NCBI GenBank assembly: GCA_050230475.1
Contig: JBFLGF010000031.1
Coordinates: 1 to 64,000 of the forward strand
Length of the DNA: 64,000 nt
Origin: Ancylonema sp.
Lineage: Eukaryota
Direction of reading: 5' to 3'
The notes under the pieces are model-generated. The model saw only the letters and a list, made by a program, of their open reading frames with translations. It had not been told where the DNA came from and ran no database searches. Within the stretch, counting starts at the first letter, position 1, and the number at the start of each line of letters is the position of its first letter. The position numbers and the translations under genes were made by a program. Below, in pieces: positions 10,414-23,040 of this stretch.

Positions 10414-11971
10414 TTATGCTCCCAAGGTTTGTTCTATTTTGTCCACGACCTTGGGGTTGTGACCTTGTCGTTTTCGCCCTACTTCTCACAAAGTGATTGT
10501 GAGTCCCATGGGCTTCAATAACCTTCACACAAATCAGGAATGAGATTCCAATTTACTTTGTCCATCATGTAGACACACAATGTGTAGATCTCACGTAACT
10601 ACTTCCAACCGTAGGTGCAAATACCGATAGACGAATGAACAAATCGATTCACATCCACGTATCTCTATTCCGCACGTGTGTTATATCAATTGTGCGCGAG
10701 CCGACTGTGCTGATAATCCATCGGAGTTGCGTCACACCTTCGTCTAATTCTTATAATGATTCTTATCATGTTTCTAGATTTGGTAAGTACTTTGGTGCTT
10801 GTGAGCAAGTAATCTTGTCATCTGCAAAACACGACAAAGACCTACGCACTTCATCGTTTTGCGAGCACGGTCAAAATCGTCGGAGTTGATTTGATATGTT
10901 TCCTTTGTTGTTCGTCTATTTTTTTTGCCACGTGGAGGTGAATAATGTCATGATGAGAAAAGAAACTAGACTAGTAGCCTTTGTACTTCGAGCGAGATAT
11001 GTTAAGAACTTCTAGGTAGGTATAAAGAAGGAAATGTTTCCTGTCGAGGTTGTTAACATTGCCATTGTGAACCTTGGAGTACTTGTGGGACTTGTGTGCC
11101 AACGAGTATGTGCTAACACGACCAAGACTTTTTTATAATAAGCATCAAGGGCAAGGCAACATGTTTCAATGCTTCGATGCAAAATCCAACATGTGGGTAT
11201 TTAGCAATGTTGGGGAAATACAACAATCCCAGTTGTAGTGGGAGGACCAACACCCGATCCATAAAGTTCAAATTTTGTGTCCTCAATATTGCGTTGGCCA
11301 AATCTAGAGGTAGGACCGACTGTGTGTCCGGATTCATATTGTGGCTCCGTGGCTACACGAAACAATTCCTTGACCCATTAGACCACCCACACAAAAATAT
11401 AGTTCTCACTTCCCATAGTGGACACAATTTTGACACGGTACGCACAACGCAATACACAATCAATATGCGGGAGTCACACAATACGCCGTGTTTGGCGTAT
11501 GTACGCCATATATGTCATTTGGGACATTGTATTGTTATACCGAACAAAGTGGAAATTAGAGTCATGGAAATATGTTACAAATATGCGATTGTGGCACGTC
11601 TTTTGATCCATTGTAGCTAGAGGGCACAAAGGAGGCATTGTTAGGAGGAGAGATTGAGGGACAAAAACATCGGTACAATGAACTTTGCGTGCCAAAATTT
11701 CTCGTATGTCCTAACCTAATGTATCTATGTGAATATTTACAGCTGACACTTGTTGTACCATTGAGCTACTCCGTCCAATTCAACCTCAACTTCCATCCCA
11801 CCCAAAAAAAAAACACAAAAATAGGAGATAATCTCGACCAAAGCGTTCACTAATTCATCAAATAAACTACCACCCTTGTATCCTACGTAGCGGCGAAATA
11901 TCCAACCCTCTATAAAAAATCCTACGCTCCGTAAAAAATGTTCAACGCTTGATACGAAACGCGACACTGGC

Positions 11972-14665
11972 TTATGGCAGCTGGCCAATACCTAGAATGG
12001 CTTTGTTGGAGTCTTTGGGTGCGCTCGTGGCAATCGGAACCGCCCCGCTATCGGCGAAGTACTCCGGCTTCTTCACGTGAACCCCGTACTGCGACACCAT
12101 TATATATAAAAAAAAATTTAAAAAAAGGGGGGAGGGGGGGGCTTGGAATCCCAACGTTGGGGGAAAAGAAGACGAACATGAGGAAAAGCTAGTAGATTAT
12201 GTCGGATGTGTAAAATGAAATTCAGATGCACTTTAGAACCCAACCTCGATGTTATACTAACACATCATGAAAATCTTTGTGAGTAGAGTAGGGAAGCCAA
12301 CACGTGCATAGACACACATTGCAATAATACCCATATGCATGCATGCACGCGCGCCCTCATTACAAGCACATTCACACATTGAATACATCATTGTCCCTAT
12401 ACCACGTCGACCCTTGCATTTCCACGCCTTCACCCACTCCCACTTGAATAACCATTTAAGGTTCCCTTTACCTCTTTTAGCGCCTGCGCCAAATCTTCGG
12501 TGGTCAACACAACCCGCTTGTCCTGCGCAACCAATCATCACACGTGTGTGTACACAGTCGACTTCTATGCATCGTTGACTCTTAAGAAAACTAATGCAGC
12601 CATGTGACCCAATTTGAGGCAATGTGTGTATTGAAACAACTCAATTGTATGCGGACGATCTGGAGGAGTGCTTGCAATGATCTTCAGGATTCTTCAGGTT
12701 TCATGATTTCCTTTCATTTCATTTCATTCAATAATAGAACAGACCAACAAACACGAGGGTACACTTTTGGTATCTATTTCGGTGTCTATATTGGCATATA
12801 AGTAATAAGTAGTTATAAGTAAGTAATCTATCAAGTAATCTATTGTAAGTAATATATTTCGGTATATATTTAGGTATATATTTTGGTATGTAGATAGGTA
12901 TACATTTAAGTAACTAATGAGGTATCTATTTAGGTATACATTCAGGTGTACATTTCGGTAGCACAGTAAAATACACACGTGATGTCTTGTCGGGGGGGAG
13001 AATGCATTGCTTGACAAATAAATGTGTGAATTCTTGGGGACAGAATTTTATTGAACCTCGATTGGTGACTGTAAGTGATAAGAGGAAGCTGAATGGGTAT
13101 AGGCACACTTGAAGACCCAAGTTTTTAGATTGATTTGTCGATCACTTGAAGGGATGATTTCGTCCATCCAAACTAATTGTCCAAGAATTGAAGAGTCTTA
13201 ATTCGAGGCAAAGGGGCCGAACCAAGAACTTCATTTCAATAAAAACCGGAATTTATCAATGATTCGGAGTATCCTAAACTAAAATATCATTACTGATATA
13301 CTTTATTATATAGTGTATTGTGTTATATTGTGTTTTACATTAGTTGTTTTTAAAATGATAAAATGGTTGTATGGGGGTTTTCGAATCTTAGAGTGTGTAC
13401 GGTACGGTTATGCTGATTCTATTGCAATGTCTGAAATCGTACACATTCTGACCTTCTACTAGCAAGTGTGTTTGATCATGTGAGTAATAAATAAATTGGA
13501 ATGATGATACATTGTTGACATTGAACATGAAGTCCGATAAAAACTCTCTTATCTCTTAGTCGCTTCATGAGCTTGTAGGAAAAGTATAAAAGTACAAGTA
13601 CAAGTACAAGTACAAGTATGAAAGTATAAAAGTATTTAAGATAATCGAAAAAGTAAAAAGGGATGATAAAACGAACCTTCCCCGTCCGCTTGTCTTGACG
13701 AAGCCGGCAAAATCTGCGGAGGGAAAAGAAGGAAATTGTGAAAAACAAAACAAAAAATGAAGAGCAGAGCAGATGCAGGTGCTAATGTGACCGGCTAGAA
13801 GGAAGGGAGTGGAAAAAGCAAAAGCAAAAAAAAAAAAAAAAAAAAAAAAAAATGAAGGTGGGAGGCCACTCACTGATATGCATCACTCGCAATCTCGCCG
13901 ATGAACTTTTGAGCCGCTAAAGAAATCAGGCGAGTCCTGTTTCCCGTTTCCAGTTCCCAGTTTCCCGTTTCCAGTTCCCAGTTTCCCGTATCCAGGCCCC
14001 CATCAAAACATGCCTGGGAATGTCTGAATTTTGTGTCTTTCGCTTACATGTCAGAAATAGAAAAAAATGGCATTCGGACATATCGGCAAACAGAATCAGA
14101 TGCATAGTCAGAGACTTGGACTGCGGGAAGGCGGGAAGCGGGATTTGGTATATCGATTTGAGTGATGTTAGGTGGCCAGGGGTGAGACCTACATGCGTTT
14201 ATCTGGGCACTGGAAGCCGCTTTTTGCGAGACAGTGCTCCGTGAGCTCATCAGGGATCTGGAGAGAAGCGCGGAGATGAAAACGAGAAGAAGAAAGGAGA
14301 GTTATTGTCAGGACTTCTCCCAAGGACCGGTCAGAATGCAAGGAGAAAAAAAGGTTGGAGACAAAGCTCGGCTCGATCGGTATTTCATTGACGTTGCACA
14401 CGTCCATCCAATCTCTTCTCATTTGCTTTCGTAAGTACCATTTCACTTCAGCATTACTGTAGTCTGAAACATATGTATTAGAATGCTCCCACACAGTATG
14501 ATAGATTTGGACTCGTTTTTTGCCCGATATTCCGTCATGGCTGACCTCAGTAACCGTTACATCGGACACGTATTTCAACGTGCTTCGTCATACCGTAGGG
14601 GTGTATGATTCAAGAGAGGCCAGAAACTCTTCAGTAGCCTGCCAGTTGGTAGACGAATCTCCCAT
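11972..14665 (-). CDS. TAF10: TFIID subunit 10, 6 coding exons
   Basis: GT-AG exons 14665-14594, 14257-14193, 13936-13874, 13713-13677, 12522-12472 and 12088-11972. They join in phase to ...EEFLASLESYTPT|IPDELTEHCLAKSGFQCPDKRM|TRLISLAAQKFIGEIASDAYQ|FCRLRQDKRTGK|DKRVVLTTEDLAQALKE|YGVHVKKPEYFAD. Confidence 0.93.
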
Positions 14666-15316
14666 TGCAGGGACCCAGGAAAATTCAGTGGAATAGAAAA
14701 TATCGAACCGCGATGAACTCCAAATGAGTTCAGCTCAAGGATGTGTTGTCGGCTACAAAAGCAGTGTTCCGTGACAGGCAAAATCTAGCAACCCGTCCGG
14801 AAGTCCATGTCTCCAGTGTGTTAACCGAAAGGGGAAAGAGCTAGGGGAAGAGAGCCTATTATAAGCGCAGAAGGCGGCCTAGTCACGCTCGCGTTTCCTG
14901 ACAGCACCCCCACCAAGCTGACCGAGGGGGCTGACAGCAGGGGTATTATTTTAGGAAATAGCGAAAACTTGTAGGGGCGGCAAAAACTCCCCATCAATTT
15001 ATATCTCGCGGCAAAACAAGTTGTTTGGCCTTGGGGGCAGAACAAATCAAGTTCGGCAAAAATATTCAGATTTTGACTATCCACGTGGGTTTGCAGACGC
15101 TGGTCGGTGACCAATGAGCCCTCTCCGGCCAAACAAGGGCTTTTTGCCAGCAGCTGCGTGGCCATGCCCATGGAAGGTCCACTACTTCTCCTGCTAAGGG
15201 GCATGGATTGATCTCCACAGCCTGTGACCGTCACTGTCCTTCTTGAGCTGAAGGAGGCTTTTAGAGACAACTCTTTCGAGCATTTTTTTTTCAATTAGGG
15301 TGTAAGTTACGATACC

Positions 15317-18300
15317 ATGGCACTCGTACCAGGACGATTCGTTTCCGCTATTTTCCCCCTCGTAGCATTTTGCGCATTGGCGTTCTTGACTTCTTGCACG
15401 TGCACTTCCGATTTCGACGGTCTCTCAAGTGCCTCCTCCGCAGAGGAAGCAGTAGAGGAAGCCACGTGGCCCCCTGGGTCTGTGCTGGAGCTGACGAAGC
15501 ACAACTTTTCGGAGGCTATCGGAGAGCACGAGTATTTACTGGTGGATTTCTACGCCACGTGGTGTGAACACTGCCAAAAACTGGCAGTCGAGGTCAGTAG
15601 TCGAAATCGGTAAAACGGGAATGGGACCCACGGACTATTCCCGTATTTCGAAACCGTGCTCCTGTTGATGAAACAGTAGATATCCGAATCACTGACTGTA
15701 AGCCACGTGCCATATGAAGGGCCACGTGGCCCACTGTATAACGCTCTCTGACACATGTCAAGATTTTAAAAACAATCCCATCTACAGTGCGGACTTCTCC
15801 AAGTGCCTTTTCCCCGTTGCAACTGATAAACCTCACGAAACAGACCCTTTTCAACCCGCATTCCACCCGGTTATCGGTAACCGGAACCATGAACCAGAGA
15901 ACCTCATCAATTCCCACCCTTACACAAATATTCTGTAGCCTCCCTTTCGATGCTTCCCCTTTTCGCATTCCTCGTCACCTCCCCCACCCAGAGTGACGTG
16001 GCTCATTCTCCACTCTCTCTATTTCGCCGCAGCTGGAAATCGCCGCTCCCCTATTGGCCCACGGCAACCCCCCCGTGACAGTGGCAAAAATCGACTCCGA
16101 AAAGTATTCTGCCATCGCCGGCGAACAGTACATCAGGTTAACCCCCTCCCCAAATTCCGCCCCACTCACCCTCCCCGTCCCCCGTTATAACGGGTGTCTG
16201 TTCATGGGTCCAATCACCCCTTCCTCTCAAAACCAGAGCAAACTTATTGACCAACCAACCAACCCCCTGACAAACCAGCCAACCAAATACGCAGCCTGAC
16301 CCCCAGCCTTGCACCCTCCCCCCCAGCCGCCTCCCCACCCTCAAGCTCTTCGTCCACGGGAAGCCCTCCGCCTATAACGGCCCTCTGGAAGCCCTCCTGC
16401 TAGTGCCAGCTGTCCAGCGCCTGCTTGCGCCACCTGTCCTCGCCCTCAGCTCTGACGACGAAGTGCGTGCCTATGTGGAGAGGCGCACGGGAGGGGCGCT
16501 GGGGGTATTCGTGGGTGAGAAGGGGGGGGAATGAAACGAGTACCTCGCTATTCTCGAGTACTTCTCCGTGTCGGAATTCTCGCGTCTTGAATTGCAATGT
16601 ATCCGATCTGAAATGATTGGAGAAGCGTTTCTTATTTCCCATCAGCCGTTTTGCCTCCTACCCCCACCTCCCCACACCCCCTCCCTCAACCCCTCCCCTC
16701 TCCCTCCCCCCCCCCCCCTCCCCCCTCACAATTAAACCTATTTCAGGTCTAGGCCTGACTCCCGCTGAATTAGAACCGGTAGCCACCAACTTTTTGGACC
16801 GTGCTTGGTTTGCCACGTCTCCCACATTCTCGGAGCAGCTCATGGTTGACCTTGACTTCGATAAGGGCCCCGCCCTGCTGGCGATTCACAGCTTGGGAGA
16901 GATAGAGGTGTTCTACGGACCGTTTGAGGGTGGGGGGGGGGGGGGAAGGTGGCATCTGGGGGGCAGGCGAGGTGGTATCGGAATGTATTATTTTGGGGGG
17001 GGAGTATATTGTGCCTAGGAATGTAGGAGGATCATGGCAAGCTGAGATGTTTTTTTCAGCATGGTGCTTAAAAAACGAAAAAAAAATGGACGAAGGGAAG
17101 AATGAGAGGGGAGAAAGTTACCAAATTAGTACCTCACCAAAAAATACTAAATCAGTACCTCACCAAAAAGTACCAAATTAGAACCTCACCAAAAAAGTAC
17201 CTCTCCAACACCCCTCCCCCCCCCTTCTCCCCCCTCCTCCCCTTCCCTCACTTCCATTATTTTCTCCCCAGGCAAAGATTTGTTCCAATTCGTGGGTCAG
17301 AACTACCTCCCCCCCATCGTCCTCTTAACCGAATCCACTTTCTCTCAGGTGGTCTCCACAGGGAGACCCATCGTAATCATGGCGGCAAACTTTGACTTCC
17401 AGGCCCCCCTTAACCTTGGACTAGACAAACCGGATCCCAAGGATGTGGACTCGCCGGCAGGGGAGGCGGTGCGGTTTACGAGGAGGTTGGGGGGGGGTTG
17501 CGGGCGGGAAGGGGGGGGGGGAGGGGGGGGGTGGGGTGGGTGTTTGTTTGGGTGTTGGGCGGGATACGTTTGAGGGTTGGGGGCAGGGGGGGTAGGGTGT
17601 GGGGTGGTAGGAAGTTGGATGTTAGGGTGGTGGCGGAAAAGGGTTTCGGGTTTAGTGGCTGTGGTTTTTTTGTGGTTCTTGGGAGGGAGGACCTGCAGTT
17701 TTTTTGGGGAAATCGTGTGTGACGACGTTTGAACCTTATAGAATTGATGAAGCACATGTACCTCGATTCGCATATTTGTGGAACCAACGGGAAAAATAAT
17801 GAAAATTTTATGTGGAAATTGTAGAATTCACATTTTAGGTCACCATACATTCCGCCCCTCATTCCGCCCTTCTAGTGGTCTCTAATCGTCTCGTTGCTCA
17901 TTCATTTTCTTGGGATTCTCTCCTTTTTCTCCACTTTTCTTTTCATGATCCATGTTTTCCATTATCAGATTGAAACCCGTGGCTCGACGGCATCGCGACA
18001 AGCTCTTTGCTTACATTGACGGTGCGCGCCACAGAACCTTCCTGGAAAGCTTCCACATCAATGTTGCTACCGACCTTCCACATTTTGTGGTGTGGAACGG
18101 GGGAAACGAGTACTACGAGGTGGGGGGGGGAAAAGGGGGGGGGGGGGGGAGATGGGGGGGACGGGTATGGGGTTGGGGGAGGAGATGGGAGAAGAGTATT
18201 CCTTCCTCATATCTCTTGTACATGACAACAACCAATAAATAATAATAAAAATAAAAAAACTCGTTTTCGAAATGAGTACATGGCGGTCTGCTCCTCTCAC

Positions 18301-19857
18301 CTTTGGGGCCTTGTAGTAGGAATTGTTTTTGGGTTTTGGAGGCAATGTGAATTCCATTCACTCTTAGATGTTAGCATATAGTTTGTATACATTGACATAT
18401 GTATTATTACAATGAGTAGTATACATGTAAGTTAATACATGTAAGTTTATGATTATAATGAAGAGTATATGATTTTATATATTGATATTTATAATTAGAA
18501 TGAGTAGTATATGACTTGATACATGGACATTCATGATTATTATGAATAGTATATGATTTCTTGCATTGACATATATAACTATAATGAGTGGTATATAATG
18601 TTATAAATTGACATTCATAAATTTATGAAAAGTGTATGACTTGATACACAAATAGTTATGATGAATATGGATAGTTAATGATATTTCATATATTGAATTT
18701 CAAACCTTGTGTAGTCAAAGACTGTGATTCACGTCTTCAAGGGCAAGTATGATTGAATAAGGGGCTTGTATCAAGTGCCACCCTGGTTTGCGAATTCTTA
18801 AAAAATGGGAAATTGGGAAATTGGGAAATTGGGAAATTGGAAAATCGGGAAATTGGGAAATTGATTTTCGCAACGTATTATGTCATATAAATCACATTAT
18901 GGGCGTAAAATACGCAAGAAAAGGTATCTCACAGCGACAGGCTTTTTATTACGAAATTTCTTATATCGAGGTATTCGAGAGTATTGCACACGTGGCAATG
19001 CGGACCAATGAACAACGTCCTTGTGGTGGGGGCAGCATGAGAATCCGGAGGCTTTGCAAGGCGAGGACATGGAGTTAATGTTGACTCGATTCCTGCAAGT
19101 AAGAGGGGTTTTTTTTATTCAGAGGGGGTTTGTGGGAGAGGTGTTTTCTTTTAGAGGTTTTCTTTTTGTCAAGAGGGGAGAGGGGGAAAGCGGTGCGTCT
19201 TTGTGGAGAGTAGTGGGAAGGGGGCAGTGGGAATCGGGTACGGAATTAGGTACGGAATGAGGTACGGAATGAGGTACGGAATTAGGTACGGAATGAGGTA
19301 CGGAATGCTTCATACAACAAGGAGAAACATCAAGCAAACCATACAACACATGATCGGACAAGTTATCTAACCAACCCACATCACTCCCGTTCCCCCTCTA
19401 GTTTAGGGGACAAGTTCGGAGGAAAAAAGGAAGAATCGGAGGGCACTTACCCACTTCGCGTTTTTTTTTTTTTCTTCTTCTTTGTTCCCCCCCTTCCCCC
19501 CCTCCCCCCCAACTTTTCTAGGACATTGACGCGAAGAAGTACAAAGTGAAATACACAAAGAGACAATCCATACGCGAAACTATCAATGGAGTGATCACCG
19601 CCCCGAACTTCCCCCTACTGCTCGGAGTCATCGCAATCGCATTGGCAGTTACGTTCTCTAAGAAGGGTCCTTCAATCATCCCCAGTATCAGCGGGCGGGG
19701 GTTGGAGGGTTTGAAGGAAAAACTAATGGAGGAGCGAAGGACACGGGAGGAAGATGAAGCAAGGAATGGTGGTGGAGGGGAAAAGGAAGAGGAAGAGGAG
19801 GGGCAAGGGGAGACGGGGGGAGAAGAGAAGGAGGTGGAGGAGAAGAAGAACGACTAG
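15317..19857 (+). CDS. Membrane-anchored protein disulfide isomerase, PDIL5-2/TMX3-like, 8 exons
   Basis: Exons 15317-15592, 16033-16136, 16327-16514, 16747-16929, 17272-17485, 17969-18119, 19036-19098, 19522-19857. Signal peptide, [40 protein letters not shown]-terminal TM helix and KKND. Confidence 0.88.
19237..19307. repeat. 12-bp tandem repeat (GGTACGGAATGA) in a PDI intron
   Basis: About six adjacent units. Confidence 0.9.
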
Positions 19858-21210
19858 TATTTTTTTTGCCTAGCTGTTTCGAATCATTATCTCATTTTCA
19901 ATAGTTGCGACATACGTTGCGGCCATTAGCTTAGAAAAGGCTGTCATTTGTTGCATAATATGTGATGGGTAGGATACGTACTAAGGTAGAATCACATTTT
20001 TCCTTTTTTTTTTTTTTTTTTTTTTATTTAATGTGGTCTTTACGCTGTAAAATTTCATTGAATCCCCAATGGCTCGTAAGCAAGCCGCATGACGTGGTGG
20101 ATTTTTTTTTCATGTTTATGATGCCGGTTTCACGTACCACAACTTTCACAAAATTCTTGTCACAAAATCATATTTTTCGCAAAAAGATTGTATGCACAAT
20201 CAAGAACAATCCACATGCTATAAAAGGTAGGATAGAAAATTCATTTATTCCAAAAAGTGGGAGTAGTATGCACGTCTTTGGGTCGTGAACATTGTCGCTC
20301 CTGATTCGATTGGGGAATTGTTATCAAGAGACAATCTGAATCTGTCCCGATCAGGATGAGAACCGAACCGGAACCCCGATCAATTTTTTCCATATAAACT
20401 ACATATGCACCAAATGTGGAGTAGTGAGTTTTTTTCCTGTTTCTTTTTTTCTCTAGTTGTAACTTGTAACCGACCCGATCGGGAAACTTCGAATCCAGTT
20501 TCGTTACAGATCGGCACCCGACCTAGATGCGAATGTGATCGGGAATGAGCACAAGTATCGTCACGGGGAAATGAATCCAAACACGTTCTATGTATTCCGA
20601 ACATTAGCTTTCCGTGTTCGGAAAGCGTAGTATAAAGCCTCCGAGGGGATAGTACAAGTGAGTGAGTAAGCCTCACGCGAGCAAGTGACACACAGACCGG
20701 TCCTTGTGAACCTCGAACCGGTTCCGATGCTCTTCAAGATGCTAAACACGTTATCAAAGGTTAAAAACCGGCTAGGAACCCTTAGTTTTTTTGGGGTTTA
20801 AATATTCAACTTTGCTTACATATTTGCAAGGACAATCATCTAGATGTGAAGATCATTGTGTTTGGCGATGAGAGCATGGTAAAGTATACAACCGAAATAA
20901 AGTGATCCGGTAAATCAACTCCAATAGGGTTTTGTCGACTTCAAGCCTACACCCCTGAAGGTTTTAAAATCGAGGATCGATCATATTATAGAGAAGCGTG
21001 TGATTCGTCGTTACCAAATGTAAAAGATTCAAGAGTTTTTTTTTTAAATTACCAAATCTATTTTAGTTTTTCGTGTTCCCCCCCCCCCCCCCTAAGTATA
21101 CCTTCTTTTTTTTCCGACGTCATCCCCGCTTCTACGTGGTTCGGAACCACCTTTCGGAGGTTTCCAAGTCCGCTCCAATATCTAATCCTCAACTGCATGT
21201 TCAGGGCCGA

Positions 21211-22060
21211 TACGGTACGCTTCTCCCTCGATATATAGACCCCAATTTAAAAAACAACCTCGATACAAATACATTTCCCCCCCCAATATAATTTCGCCCT
21301 CGATATAAGCATATCGACAAGTCTATATAAAGACAATTTGTGTGAAATTTTGTTGATGAATGTCCACATACCGTGTATATCACACTATTTCTCGAAGATA
21401 GCGATGTATGGAAATCGAAAGAAAACTATAATATAAAAATTACACAATTTTTCGATGCAAATGATGAAAATTATAGGTGCACTCTGATGTTCGACATGTC
21501 TTTCATGCAACTTCGGGTCGAATCATGTCGTTTTTTTTTTTGGTGTCCATTTGTTATGCCATATTGAGGGTTGTTGGTGACAATCTTGTAATCTATTTCC
21601 AATCACGAAAATATACCTAAACAATTTGGATGCATTAGGTTTGTTGAATTGTATGAAATTTCGTGTGTTTTATCCGCGGTTCACAATTCGTAATCAATGT
21701 TATCCTCTTCATGACAAGTATTGGTGTGTCTTGCCTTCCAAAAAATGTCCGTGTTGTACATGACCATCGCGTGTAATCCATGTCCAACAAAATATGTGAG
21801 TACTTTGTTGCTTCGTACGACCTTAATACTTCCCCAATTCTCCTCGTAAAGTTTTTGTAATATATTTGATATTCACCATGTGTTGGTCTCATTACGCACT
21901 TGTGTAGCTTGTTATCAAACACACACGTTGAATTGGAGGATGACAAGGCAACTTACTCTAGGTAGCGTAGGAACAACACATTTGCTTATCCGCTTTGCTT
22001 CATTCACGAAGTCCCTCGACACAAAGACATATATTTTAAAAATTCACCAGTAAATATCGT
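21211..22060. mobile_element. Degenerate pogo-like non-autonomous element related to 54598-55203
   Basis: CCTCGATATA motifs at the left end. Segment ~21790-22030 aligns by eye with ~54850-55095 (shared ACGACCTTAATAC, AAGGCAACTTACTCTAGG, AAGTCCCTCGA). Confidence 0.5.
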
Positions 22061-22069
22061 CATATAGCA

Positions 22070-22241
22070 TATGTTTGGAACCCCCAGATCTGTGTAACTT
22101 CAGAATGAAGGTTGTGTTTCTTTTTTTGCATTAAAGTTGCGTCCCGGACCGTGTGGGGATCTCCGGGCGCGTCCGGGACGCGTCTGGGTCCGGACGCCTC
22201 CCGGACGCGTCCGGGATCCTCGCGTCCGGGACGCAACAATG
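22070..22241. repeat. Dispersed repeat end with CCGGACGCGT subterminal motifs (hAT-MITE-like); related copy at ~44270-44556
   Basis: Colinear similarity with 44383-44556. Both end in a GCAACTATG-like terminus. Confidence 0.6.
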
Positions 22242-22731
22242 GTTTCAGATGTTTACGAACATAACATATTCGGAACGCACAACCCCGGAGCCGTTTGAGG
22301 CAAAATCATGGCGGCTAAGCGATTTAAGATTTTGATGTCGAGGACTAGAAAACATACGAAGTGTACGCATGTTGGACCATGCACGGTGCGGGGCTTTGGC
22401 GAACGCGTTCCGAACCTGTGCGGATGTGAGCACGTATGAAACAAACACGCAGCTAGATTTTGTGCAACCCAACCATAGCGTACAGTGTCATGTGATTGCA
22501 CATGCATGAGCGCTTAGTGCACCATTCACACTCACAACCCGAATTGATGTGTACAAATGTTTAGTGTACATGGATGTTGCCTCTAATGAAACATGCAGCC
22601 ACCGTTTAATGTTTGACCAAGAAAAAACATTACTTCCACAAGATAGCTCCCTCACAAAATACACAACGAATGTGGCCCGCCAAAATAGTTCTACAATACT
22701 ACTACAAACTAAAGCGTAACCGTTTGGATAG

Positions 22732-22824
22732 TGGATCTTGGATCTTGGATCTTGGATCTTGGATCTTGGATCTTGGATCTTGGATCTTGGATCTTTGGAT
22801 CTTTGGATCCTGGATCTTTTGGAT
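22732..22824. repeat. 7-bp tandem repeat (GGATCTT)n
   Basis: Directly visible. Confidence 0.9.
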
Positions 22825-23040
22825 CTCAGCCTCCCTATCGTTAGTATTAAACATCACGACATAAGACGGAATGGAGATATACCAAATGAGGGAGGACATA
22901 TAACATCATACAACACCCTAAAGAATAAGAGAGAGTACCACCTTACGACTAAGCACGTAAAATACAAAGACTGCGTGCCCGCAAGATCAAAACTCCCACA
23001 TTGCGACAATAAAAATCAATCGGGTCGTTTCCCATAATAT

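Noticed and set aside
10500..11620. Possible Tc1/mariner transposase relic on the minus strand
   Set aside because: Only vague resemblance (TQNLNFMD, KVIEAHG), many stops and no TIRs found; not supportable without a search.
14821..15294. 157-aa minus-strand ORF as a gene
   Set aside because: No recognisable motif; it lies in the TAF10/PDI promoter and UTR interval.
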